Shown one piece after another: positions 1 to 8,411 of a DNA stretch of 64,000 bases (positions are counted from its first letter, which is position 1; every line of letters starts with the position of its first letter). The notes below the pieces were generated by a model. The model searched no databases. It was not told the origin of the DNA and saw only the letters and a list, made by a program, of their open reading frames with translations. Source of the stretch: Verrucomicrobiota bacterium (lineage in GTDB: Bacteria > Verrucomicrobiota > Verrucomicrobiia > Palsa-1439); contig PLZV01000057.1 in assembly GCA_003152315.1 (NCBI GenBank), forward strand, positions 200,065-264,064, in the 5' to 3' direction. Both the position numbers and the translations under genes were made by a program.

Positions 1-1827
1 GTTCACGCCTCCCACGCCGTCCAGCACTTCCGTTGCCGTGCTCTCGTGGGGCAGGCCGGTCATGTAAGTCGGCTGCCCGTTGCTGACCTGCATCGGCAGG
101 GCGCGCCCATTATGGCACGACATGCACACGGCGGAGGAACCTTTGCCCGTGAGTTGCACGGTGCCGCTCGCCAGCGTCGTGTCGCCGAGCGTCACGGTGT
201 CATAGACGCGGACCTGATGAGCCCCCGGCGGAAACCCCTGTGCATTATGCGGGTCGTGACAGACCGCGCACGTCGTCTTGCCAATCGGACCTGCGACCGC
301 CGTGAGGCCCTTGGTCCGGTCCACAAAACCTTGCGGGCTGTGACATTGGGCGGAGCAGGTATTATTGGCGGCATGCCCGAAGACCGCCGCATTGTCCGTG
401 TTGAAATGTGGCGAGCTTTGCCACTGGCCGACGCGGAAATTGTCGGAATTGTTTTCCTGGTGGCACGGCGCACAGGTCGCGGCGTCCAAGGTCGGGACGC
501 CCGGGTGCTGGCTGCCAGGGCCGTGGCAACTTTCACATTGGATGTTGCCCTTGTTCTGCAGGGACGCCGGCATGGTCGAGAAGTTACCCGCCTGTACGGG
601 CTCCGGCTGAGTCCAGCCCTGACTCGCCTGGATATCGCCAAAGCAGCCGTTTGGCTGCGTGGCCTGTTTGTCGTACCCGACCGTGTGGCAGAAGTAACAG
701 CTCTGGTTGTAAGCCGGATCCAGAACACCATCGACTCCGCGCTGGAACATTGTCGCGTGACCGGTGGCCCTCCACGGGGTGACCAGGTCGGCCAATCCCA
801 CCTGCGGATTCGGCCCATGACAATTGCCACAGGTCGATACGCCCGCGAAACTGGCCGCCGTCAACGTCAGGTTCGTGCCCGCCACGGTGTCGCTGACGAT
901 GTACTGGCCTTCGAGATCCGGCCGCAACCAGGGCGTCCGGGTATGCGCCCCGTTGAGCACCGTCGTCGAGCCGGCGGGCATCGTTACCAATGTCCACGAA
1001 TGATTCGTTTCTGACGCAGCAGCCTGCAAGTAGGTCTTCACGCCAATGGGCACTTGGGTCAGGCCGGGGGAGAGGCTGGCGACACGCACGAGCACATTAC
1101 CGGTTGCGGAATTGACGCCGTCGCTGACGACGACTTGGAAGCCGTAGGTATCCAGGTCGCCATTATTGTCTTCGCCAATCTCCAACGTGTTAAACGGGAC
1201 GACGCCAAGCGCGTCTGTCAACTCCACGAAATTGGTCAACGCATCCGTGGTGAATGTCGGCATCGCTGTGTTGGTTGCACTAAGAGCGACAGGAGGGCCT
1301 TGGAACTGTGACCACGTGTACGTTAACGGCTGGCCCAGGCCGTTGGTGGGGACAATACTGGCATCCAATGTAATCAGCGTGTTGAAGCCCGCGTCGTAGA
1401 GAATCGCTTGTGCCACGCTCGGTGCCGGCGGACTGATGGAGAATTTGATGGTCTTGGTGCCGACGCGTCGGTGATTGAACAACACACTGATGCGCAAGAC
1501 GGCGTCGCCCTGGAAATTGGCCGGCACGGCGATCGTGGCGCTGTCCACGACACTGGCGCCCATCGCGGGTGTATTGATAAGAACAGGGAACTTGGCGCGC
1601 CATCCCTTGCCGCTGACCGTCGCGCGGGCGGTTAACGCGCCGGGACTGGTCGCAGTCGCGTTCAACTGGTAGAAGACAGTCCCGCCCGATGTTGGGTTAC
1701 CGCCAATCCAGACCGGGCCGAGTTGGGCGCCTACAGGAGCCCTCGCGTGGACGGGGACCACCGTCAGCAATCCCGCGATGAACCCAAACAAAGTTATCGT
1801 GCCTCTTGGGTAGAAACCTGTCCTCAT
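1..1827 (-). CDS. Secreted multiheme c-type cytochrome with N-terminal Ig-like/beta-rich region (partial; 3' end beyond window start)
   Basis: Continuous minus-strand frame from ATG at 1825-1827 to position 1. It is absent from the ORF track because there is no in-window stop. The N-terminus MRTGFYPRGTITLFGFIAGLLTVVPVHA looks like a signal peptide. At least 7 CxxCH haem-binding motifs read on the minus strand between ~110 and ~840, e.g. CMSCH (112-126), CAVCH (256-270), CSAQCH, CAPCH, CESCH, CYFCH, CGNCH. The + ORF 46..1014 in the track is its antisense shadow. Confidence 0.75.
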   Translation of the reverse strand, partial: MRTGFYPRGTITLFGFIAGLLTVVPVHARAPVGAQLGPVWIGGNPTSGGTVFYQLNATATSPGALTARATVSGKGWRAKFPVLINTPAMGASVVDSATIAVPANFQGDAVLRISVLFNHRRVGTKTIKFSISPPAPSVAQAILYDAGFNTLITLDASIVPTNGLGQPLTYTWSQFQGPPVALSATNTAMPTFTTDALTNFVELTDALGVVPFNTLEIGEDNNGDLDTYGFQVVVSDGVNSATGNVLVRVASLSPGLTQVPIGVKTYLQAAASETNHSWTLVTMPAGSTTVLNGAHTRTPWLRPDLEGQYIVSDTVAGTNLTLTAASFAGVSTCGNCHGPNPQVGLADLVTPWRATGHATMFQRGVDGVLDPAYNQSCYFCHTVGYDKQATQPNGCFGDIQASQGWTQPEPVQAGNFSTMPASLQNKGNIQCESCHGPGSQHPGVPTLDAATCAPCHQENNSDNFRVGQWQSSPHFNTDNAAVFGHAANNTCSAQCHSPQGFVDRTKGLTAVAGPIGKTTCAVCHDPHNAQGFPPGAHQVRVYDTVTLGDTTLASGTVQLTGKGSSAVCMSCHNGRALPMQVSNGQPTYMTGLPHESTATEVLDGVGGVN

Positions 1828-2127
1828 CTCGACAATCCTCCATCGTTATCAATACGCATCTCGAATGCCAGTATCACCAACACTGCCGGAACTCATTGTC
1901 CACGAAGGTCGGATGATCATCATGCCTTCAACGCGTCGGCGGGCATCCCCCACGGCCACGCGGTTTCGCGCAGCCGACTGCGTGCTTTCACGCAAGGAAC
2001 CACAGACGGCCCAGACTTCCCTTCAAACGCATTTCCCTGGCAGCCCTCGTTCCTTGCAGACTGCGCTCAGCGAAGTTCGGTTCGGTAACCGAGATGGACA
2101 GAAGTTTCTCTGTCTGATAGGGGTGAC

Positions 2128-2616
2128 GTGCGCATGTTTATCCGAGCGCTATTTGCTTTCCTTGTCTTGCCGGGCGTCGTCGCCGGGCTGGTTCCGGTTC
2201 TGATTGCCCGGGGCGATACGCATCGTCACGACGGTTCGGCAATGGGCTTCGGCGTTCTCGCGCTCGGTGTCGTGCTCCTCCTGTGGTGCGTGCGAGACTT
2301 TTATGTCTCGGGGAAGGGGACGCTAGCGCCGTGGGATCCGCCCAAGCGTTTGGTGGTGGTTGGACTCTATCGCTTTGTCCGCAACCCCATGTATGTCGCG
2401 GTGCTGACGGTGGTGCTGGGTTGGACCCTTGTTTATGGTTCCACGTGGCTGGCTATCTATCTGGCGGCGCTGGCGATTGGATTTCACCTTCGCGTCCTGT
2501 TTTACGAGGAACCCCGGCTACGCCAGCAATTTGCAGCGGAATGGGCCGCCTATTCCGCAGCCGTGCCAAGATGGCTGCCCCGCTTGGGAACTGCAAATAG
2601 AGAAACACGCTCCTGA
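2128..2616 (+). CDS. Membrane methyltransferase of the isoprenylcysteine carboxyl methyltransferase / phospholipid methyltransferase (ICMT/PEMT) family
   Basis: 162-aa polytopic membrane protein. It carries the family-typical RNPMY motif and an EEP(R/x)L segment. Confidence 0.7.
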   Translation: MRMFIRALFAFLVLPGVVAGLVPVLIARGDTHRHDGSAMGFGVLALGVVLLLWCVRDFYVSGKGTLAPWDPPKRLVVVGLYRFVRNPMYVAVLTVVLGWTLVYGSTWLAIYLAALAIGFHLRVLFYEEPRLRQQFAAEWAAYSAAVPRWLPRLGTANRETRS

Positions 2617-2767
2617 CACCGTGCCCCCTGTCCTTTGCGTGTTGCCTTGTATGGAAAAGAATGTAGCGTTTGATCCAGTCGATGTAAGCTTGCTCAGTAC
2701 GGGAGAGGCAAAAGATGGCAACCGGGATAAGTAGTACTTTTACTGCCTGATATATGTTAGGGCAAAG

Positions 2768-3301
2768 ATGAATCGAGACAGTCCAAACGATGAGGTGAAA
2801 TATATAAAATTCGCTACGCTGATGTTTCTCAGTTTCCTTCTGTGGTCGCAGCAATCGGTAGGGTCACAGCAACAGGCCCAAGCTGCCGGCAACAATGACG
2901 CCCTGCTGGCAAAGTGTACGAAGATTCTCAACTACGGCGAGCAGCAACACCTCTACAAGCCTAGCAAGCTGGATGCGGTAAGTACCTTGGGTCTTTTGGG
3001 CGATGAGCGCGCAGTGCCCATTTTAGTCGAGCATCTCCAGAATGAAGAGAACGACAATCTACGACTACAGATCACAAAAACACTGGGGTGGATCGGCAGT
3101 ACGAATGCAGTGCCAGCGTTGGAGAACGTTTTGCACGACAAGTACCCGCTTTTGCGGCAGCAGGCGGCAACCGCTTTGAAAGACATCACCGGCAAAGATT
3201 ACGAATACGACAAGACGGGGCCGCCTGATATGAAGAAGCTGAGAGAGTTCATCCGTACATCAACAAATGCCGCAGATAAGACGACTGAGAGCAAACCCTA
3301 A
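2768..3301 (+). CDS. Secreted HEAT/PBS-lyase-like repeat protein
   Basis: N-terminal hydrophobic signal segment. Two repeats of the pattern LG(x)2GdxxAVP(I/A)LxxxLxdxxxxxR. The gene sits in a visibly AT-richer stretch (~2620-3320). Confidence 0.5.
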   Translation: MNRDSPNDEVKYIKFATLMFLSFLLWSQQSVGSQQQAQAAGNNDALLAKCTKILNYGEQQHLYKPSKLDAVSTLGLLGDERAVPILVEHLQNEENDNLRLQITKTLGWIGSTNAVPALENVLHDKYPLLRQQAATALKDITGKDYEYDKTGPPDMKKLREFIRTSTNAADKTTESKP

Positions 3302-3436
3302 CCATACGCTTCAACCAGCCGCGACCCGCTGCGTGATGCCGGAGCCGATGACGATCCACATCGATGAGTACCGAAAGAAACAATTGCCCCAGAACAGTCT
3401 TTAAGCACATGGCTGAACATTCGCAACGGGCATCGT

Positions 3437-3944
3437 ATGGACAGCTACCTTTGGTTGATTGATACGCGGACGCAGGGCCGGCGATATGACGTCACGCCGC
3501 TCTTTGCGAATTTCGAGGCGTTCTCGGCGCTGGTCGAAGACCTGATCCACCCCTTTCGCCAAAGTCGAGTTCGATTGTGTGGCGGGGATCGATGCGCTCG
3601 GCTTTATCCTGGGCGCGGCAATTGCCGTTCGCCTCAAAAAAGGTTTTGTGCCCATCCGCAAAGGAGGCAAACTACCCGTCCAAACAGACGTGGCTCGGTT
3701 TGTGGATTACACGGGGCAGGAAAAATCTCTGGAGTTGAGAGTCGGGGCTATCCAGCCGAGAACGCGTGTTCTGGTGGTGGACGAGTGGGTCGAGACCGGG
3801 GCGCAGGTCCGGGCGGCGATTGAATTACTGGAGAAGCAAGGTGGTGTGGTGATCGGTGTTGCGTCAATCAACATGGAAGACAATTCAGTCACCCGTCTGT
3901 TGCGAGGCAGGTATCATTGTCATTCGGTGTGGCGCGATGATTAA
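3437..3944 (+). pseudogene. apt: Adenine phosphoribosyltransferase (APRT) split by an apparent +1 frameshift near 3560-3570
   Basis: The N-terminal APRT-like segment (DVTPLFANFEAFSALVEDLIHPF) is in the frame of ORF 3437. The PRTase core (VAGIDALGFILGAAIAVRL...VLVVDEWVETGAQVRAAIELL) continues in the frame of ORF 3579. Deleting one base from ...ccctttCgccaaagtcgag... restores a continuous PF-AKVEFDCVAGIDA reading. Confidence 0.55.
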
Positions 3945-3978
3945 GGCCAGGATATAACTCAAAGGTAATACGATTCCG

Positions 3979-4506
3979 ATGACTTCGGTCCCCGAACAAT
4001 CAGTCCAGATAGTCCCCTACGATGAAACCTGGCCCACGCGCTTCGAACAAGAGCGCGCAATTCTGGATCGCGCGATCAAGCGTTGGGTAGTAGGCGGCAT
4101 CGAGCACGTTGGCAGTACCGCCGTGCCAGGACTCGCCGCGAAACCGGTGATCGACATCATGGTTGGGGTCGACAGTTTGGAGGCCTCGCGCGCGGCCATA
4201 CCTGTCCTCAGCGAACTCGAATATTGCTATTTCCCTTACCGCCCCGATGTGATGCACTGGTTCTGCAAACCGTCGCCTTCGTTCCGAACGCACCACCTTC
4301 ACTTGATCCCTTTCCGAAGCCGCCTGTGGCTCGAACGGCTTGCGTTCCGTGACTACCTGCGAACACATGCGGACGTTGCAGCGGAATATGCCGAACTAAA
4401 GCAACACCTCGCCGCGCTACATCACTTCGATAGAGAGGCGTACACCGACGCAAAAACCCCATTCGTGGAGCGGATCATCAAGATTGCTCTTGCGGAGAAA
4501 CGCTGA
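3979..4506 (+). CDS. GrpB family protein (UPF0157; nucleotidyltransferase-like fold)
   Basis: 175 aa with typical GrpB features: HVGSTAVPGLAAKPVIDIMVGV and the LH(L/H)HL segment. Confidence 0.75.
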   Translation: MTSVPEQSVQIVPYDETWPTRFEQERAILDRAIKRWVVGGIEHVGSTAVPGLAAKPVIDIMVGVDSLEASRAAIPVLSELEYCYFPYRPDVMHWFCKPSPSFRTHHLHLIPFRSRLWLERLAFRDYLRTHADVAAEYAELKQHLAALHHFDREAYTDAKTPFVERIIKIALAEKR

Positions 4507-4588
4507 ACTCGACATTGCTTTGGATCCGTCGATTCCGCTCTTGACGCCGTTTCGTAGCCTGATAGAAGTTCTCTCGGGACCACCGACC

Positions 4589-5446
4589 ATGCGAAAACAA
4601 ATCTTCTTCTCTCTCCTAACACTACTCGCTGTCGCCTCAGTCCTGGCCCAGGCTCCCGCGCCTCTGCCGCCGGTGCGGATCATACTGGTGGGAGACTCGA
4701 CGATGGCCGTCAGCAGCGGCTGGGGGCCCGGTTTTTCCAAGGACGTTGTTCCGGAAGTCACCTTCCTCAACATGGCCAGGGGCGGCCGCAGTTCCGGCAG
4801 CTATCGCGCGGAAGGCTCCTGGGCCAGGGTCATCGACGTGTTGAAGTCCAACGCGAACTTCAAGGCGACCTACGTCCTGATTCAGTTCGGACATAACGAT
4901 CAGCCCGGCAAGCCGGGTCGTTCAACCAATCTCACGAATGAGTTTCCCGTAAATATCCGCCAGTATGTCTCGGACGTCGTCAGCAACGGGGCCAAACCCG
5001 TGCTGATCACGCCGCTCACGCGCCGCTCCTTCAAAGATGGACAAGTGCGCAACGATTTACTGCCCTGGGCCGATGCGACGAAGAAGGTCGCCGCGGAAAT
5101 GGGCGTTCCCGTCCTCGACCTGAATGCCGACAGCGTCGCCGCAGTGCAGAAGATGGGTCCCGTCGAAGCCAACACCCTGGCGATGGCGCCGCCACCGCCA
5201 ATTGTCGCGGAAAGCGCCGCCAGCGGAAACTCCGTCCCCGCGCCCAAGACAGCAGTGCCGACCAACGCCGCTTCCGCCACGACGAATTCCGTCGCGGGGA
5301 ATGCTGTGGTGGAACGCAAAGGCGAAGCCGCTCCGGTGTTTGACTACACCCATCTCGGGGCGAAGGGATCGGCGTTCTTCGCGCGCATGGTCGCGGATGA
5401 ATTGGCGAAGGCCGTTCCCGATCTACAGCCTTACCTCAAACCTTGA
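4589..5446 (+). CDS. Secreted SGNH/GDSL hydrolase (rhamnogalacturonan acetylesterase-like) with Ala/Pro/Thr-rich low-complexity insertion
   Basis: Signal peptide MRKQIFFSLLTLLAVASVLA, then the GDSTM block and the GHND block of the SGNH family. A low-complexity APPPPIVAESAASGNSVPAPKTAVPTNAASATTNSVAGNAV insert sits before the C-terminal block. Confidence 0.7.
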   Translation: MRKQIFFSLLTLLAVASVLAQAPAPLPPVRIILVGDSTMAVSSGWGPGFSKDVVPEVTFLNMARGGRSSGSYRAEGSWARVIDVLKSNANFKATYVLIQFGHNDQPGKPGRSTNLTNEFPVNIRQYVSDVVSNGAKPVLITPLTRRSFKDGQVRNDLLPWADATKKVAAEMGVPVLDLNADSVAAVQKMGPVEANTLAMAPPPPIVAESAASGNSVPAPKTAVPTNAASATTNSVAGNAVVERKGEAAPVFDYTHLGAKGSAFFARMVADELAKAVPDLQPYLKP

Positions 5447-5470
5447 CGAAACATTGAAGGAATCCCAACG

Positions 5471-6271
5471 ATGCGCCTCAAAAAACAACTCCTCGGAGTC
5501 TCGCTGGCCCTCCTAATGATATCAACCGCTCACGCTCAGGAATCCACGAACCCACCAGCAGCCACTCTCCACCCGGCGCTGTTCCTCGTCGGCGATTCCA
5601 TCATGCGGACCGGCAACGGCACGGGCGAAAACGGTCAGTGGGGCTGGGGCTCGGAAATCATCCCGCTTTTCGACCCGGCGAAAATCCACGTCTACAACGA
5701 GGCGCACGGCGGACGCAGCAGCCGCTCCTACATCGAAGAAGGGCTCTGGGCGAAGATCCTCGACCGCCTGCAACCCGGCGATTTCATCCTGTTGCAATTC
5801 GGCCACAACGATTCCTCCAACTCGCAGAACTATCCCGACCGCGCCACGATAACCGGCGACGGCGATGAATCAGTACACTTCGGGGTTGGTGCCTCAAACA
5901 AAGTCGTCCACGCCTACGGCTGGTACCTGCGCCAGTACGTCAAAGAAGCCAAAGCCAAAGGCGCCGTCGTAATCATCTGTTCGCCGGTTCCCCGCAACAC
6001 ATGGGTCGACGGCAAGATCAAGCGCGGCTTCGACGGCTACGCCCAGTGGGCCGCCGGCGCCGCGAAAACGTCGGGCGCTCTCTTCATCGACCTCAACACC
6101 ATCGCCGCCAACCGCTACGACGCGCTCGGCAAGGAAAAGACAGCCAGTTACTTCTCGGACTACCAGCACACCAAAAAAGCCGGTGCCCGCCTGAACGCCG
6201 AGTCCGTAGTCGAAGGCCTCAAACAATTGAAAGACTGCCCCCTGGCCAAGGACTTCGCGTCCGCACCCTGA
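5471..6271 (+). CDS. Secreted SGNH/GDSL hydrolase (rhamnogalacturonan acetylesterase-like), paralog of the upstream gene
   Basis: Signal peptide, then the GDSIM block, GHND block and catalytic DxxH-like C-terminal region. It has the same architecture as 4589..5446 without the insertion. Confidence 0.75.
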   Translation: MRLKKQLLGVSLALLMISTAHAQESTNPPAATLHPALFLVGDSIMRTGNGTGENGQWGWGSEIIPLFDPAKIHVYNEAHGGRSSRSYIEEGLWAKILDRLQPGDFILLQFGHNDSSNSQNYPDRATITGDGDESVHFGVGASNKVVHAYGWYLRQYVKEAKAKGAVVIICSPVPRNTWVDGKIKRGFDGYAQWAAGAAKTSGALFIDLNTIAANRYDALGKEKTASYFSDYQHTKKAGARLNAESVVEGLKQLKDCPLAKDFASAP

Positions 6272-6312
6272 ATGTCTGGGAGCCTTCCGTCATCGCCAAG
6301 AGAGATGATGTT

Positions 6313-7119
6313 ATGAAGTATTTTAAATGCCTGCTTTTACTTGTCGCCTCCGTGCTGTTCCTGGTGTCAGTCGGCGTCCGGGCCGATGACGATTCGGTCA
6401 CGCTCAATTCGGGGGAGATCGTCACGGGGCGGATCACATCCCAAACTGACACGGACATGACCGTTGAAGTCTCCAACGAACGTCACACGATTTTCACGAC
6501 GCGAATCATCGCCAGATCCGATATCAAGGAAGTCTACAAACCCACTCCGGAGCAGCGTCAGGCAGGCGTAGCTTACCAAGCGTTGGGTCGTTACCAGTTG
6601 AATCCCAACCAGGAACTCAAGCCCACCGATTATGCGGAGGGAATCGCGGCCTTCGACAAATTTCTGGCCGCGTATCCCAACTCGGAACAAGCCACGAACA
6701 TCGTCGCGCGACAGACCGAATGGCGATTTGAAAAATTCGAAGTGGACAACGGCCGCGTCAAATTCGCCGACAAATGGATGATGCCTGATTCGAAAAAACC
6801 GCTCGCCGAAGAACAACAACGTCAAGACCTGGAGCAGAGCCTTCCGAAGCAAGTGCGAATCGTCAAGGCAGCCCGGGCACGAGTGGCAGCGGCCCAAAAA
6901 GAGCATGATTTCCTGCACAGCACCGCCGGCTACAAAGGCAAGACACTACCGCCAGACGAATACACGCGGGTCATGGCCAGATACGCCGCCAACGACGCCG
7001 AAATCCCGAAAGCCCAAGCCAATCTGACGGCAGCCCAGGCGAAATTCAACGAGCTAAATGCCCAATACCAGAAACTCGGCGGCACGGTGAATTACCAGGA
7101 GCAGATTGACGGGAAATAA
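6313..7119 (+). CDS. Hypothetical secreted protein with C-terminal coiled-coil
   Basis: In-frame ATG at 6313 gives the signal-like MKYFKCLLLLVASVLFLVSVGVRA. The C-terminal third is Q/A/K-rich with heptad-like periodicity. No family motif recognised. Confidence 0.45.
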   Translation: MKYFKCLLLLVASVLFLVSVGVRADDDSVTLNSGEIVTGRITSQTDTDMTVEVSNERHTIFTTRIIARSDIKEVYKPTPEQRQAGVAYQALGRYQLNPNQELKPTDYAEGIAAFDKFLAAYPNSEQATNIVARQTEWRFEKFEVDNGRVKFADKWMMPDSKKPLAEEQQRQDLEQSLPKQVRIVKAARARVAAAQKEHDFLHSTAGYKGKTLPPDEYTRVMARYAANDAEIPKAQANLTAAQAKFNELNAQYQKLGGTVNYQEQIDGK

Positions 7120-7225
7120 GCCGGTCTAATCCGCCACTGCGCCCTGAGATGTTGGATATGGCGTGACCGGTTGTTCCAAACGGTGACGTGAGCCGCTTGA
7201 CACCACGCCACGCCATCCGCAAACT

Positions 7226-8356
7226 GTGACCATGCCTGTAGCGGCGACAAAAACGAAATCCATCTACCTCATCGGCGGCGCGGACGAGTTTTCCATTAAA
7301 GAAACCGCGGCCAAGCTCGCCGAAAAGCTGGCGCCGAAGAAAGCGGGGGAATTTGGGTTGGAGATCATCGAAGGCTCGTTTTCGAACCAGGACGAGGCGC
7401 GCAAAATTCTCGCGCGAGTCCGCGAAGCATTGAACACCGTCGGCTTATTCGGCGGTGGCGACAAACTGGTGTGGTTGAAGAGCACCGAGCTATTGGCCGA
7501 CAACCCGACCACGCGCACGGAAGCCGTCAAGGACGCGCTGGCGGAACTGGGCGATCTGCTGAAAGGCGGTCTCGGCGAGGGTGTCATACTACTGATCAGC
7601 GCGATTGGCTGCGACCGACGCAAGTCGCTGTACAAGACAATCGAGAAAATCGGCGAGGTGCAATTCTTCGAGGCGCTCGAAGAAGGGAAGGGCGATGCCG
7701 ACGAGGACATCGAGGCATTCATCCGCGCGAAACTCCGCGCCGACGGCAAAACGATGAACCCGGAAGCCGTCCAGGTGTTTCGCGACCTGGTCGCGCCGAA
7801 CCTGCGCGAGATCGCCAACGAACTGGAAAAATTGATCACCTACGTTGGCAAACGAAACGAAATTCTACCCGAAGATGTGCGCGCGATTTGCTCGGCCTCG
7901 CGTCAGGCAGTGATTTGGGAACTGACCGACGCGCTCGGCGCACGCCGCACCGCGCACGCCATCGCCGTGCTGGAAAACCTGCTCGACTCCGGCGACCAAC
8001 CGATCGGCATCTTGATGATGTTGGTGGCGCAGTTTCGCCTGATGCTACTCGCGCGTGACCTATTGCAACGCAAGCTGATCACTGCCCGCGACGGCCAGGG
8101 CGGCAACTTCGAGTTCGTGAAGGCGTTCGAACGCCTGCCCGAGCCCGTGACCGCGCATTTTCCGCGAACGAAGGAAGGCGCGTTGCCGAATGCATGGCGG
8201 TTGTATCGCTGCGCGCTCGCCGCGAAGAATTTCTCCACTACGGAACTAATCCGCGCGATGGACTTGTTACTGGAAGCGAATCGTCAACTCGTCACAACGC
8301 AACTGGATGATCGGCTTGTCCTCGAGGAAGCCATCGCCAAAATCGCGCGGAAATAA
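7226..8356 (+). CDS. holA: DNA polymerase III delta subunit
   Basis: 376 aa. The N-terminal IYLIGGADEF block and overall length are typical of HolA. The C-terminal helical domain is consistent with the family. Confidence 0.65.
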   Translation: MTMPVAATKTKSIYLIGGADEFSIKETAAKLAEKLAPKKAGEFGLEIIEGSFSNQDEARKILARVREALNTVGLFGGGDKLVWLKSTELLADNPTTRTEAVKDALAELGDLLKGGLGEGVILLISAIGCDRRKSLYKTIEKIGEVQFFEALEEGKGDADEDIEAFIRAKLRADGKTMNPEAVQVFRDLVAPNLREIANELEKLITYVGKRNEILPEDVRAICSASRQAVIWELTDALGARRTAHAIAVLENLLDSGDQPIGILMMLVAQFRLMLLARDLLQRKLITARDGQGGNFEFVKAFERLPEPVTAHFPRTKEGALPNAWRLYRCALAAKNFSTTELIRAMDLLLEANRQLVTTQLDDRLVLEEAIAKIARK

Positions 8357-8411
8357 CCGCTAATACCTCGCCGGCTGGTAAACTTCCTTCTTTTCGACTA
8401 GGTTCGGCGCC

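Noticed and set aside
46-1014. 322-aa + strand ORF, the longest ORF in the first 2 kb of the track
   Set aside because: It is in exact antisense phase to the minus-strand multiheme cytochrome frame, which carries CxxCH motifs and a signal peptide. It has no recognisable features, and high-GC DNA routinely produces open antisense frames.
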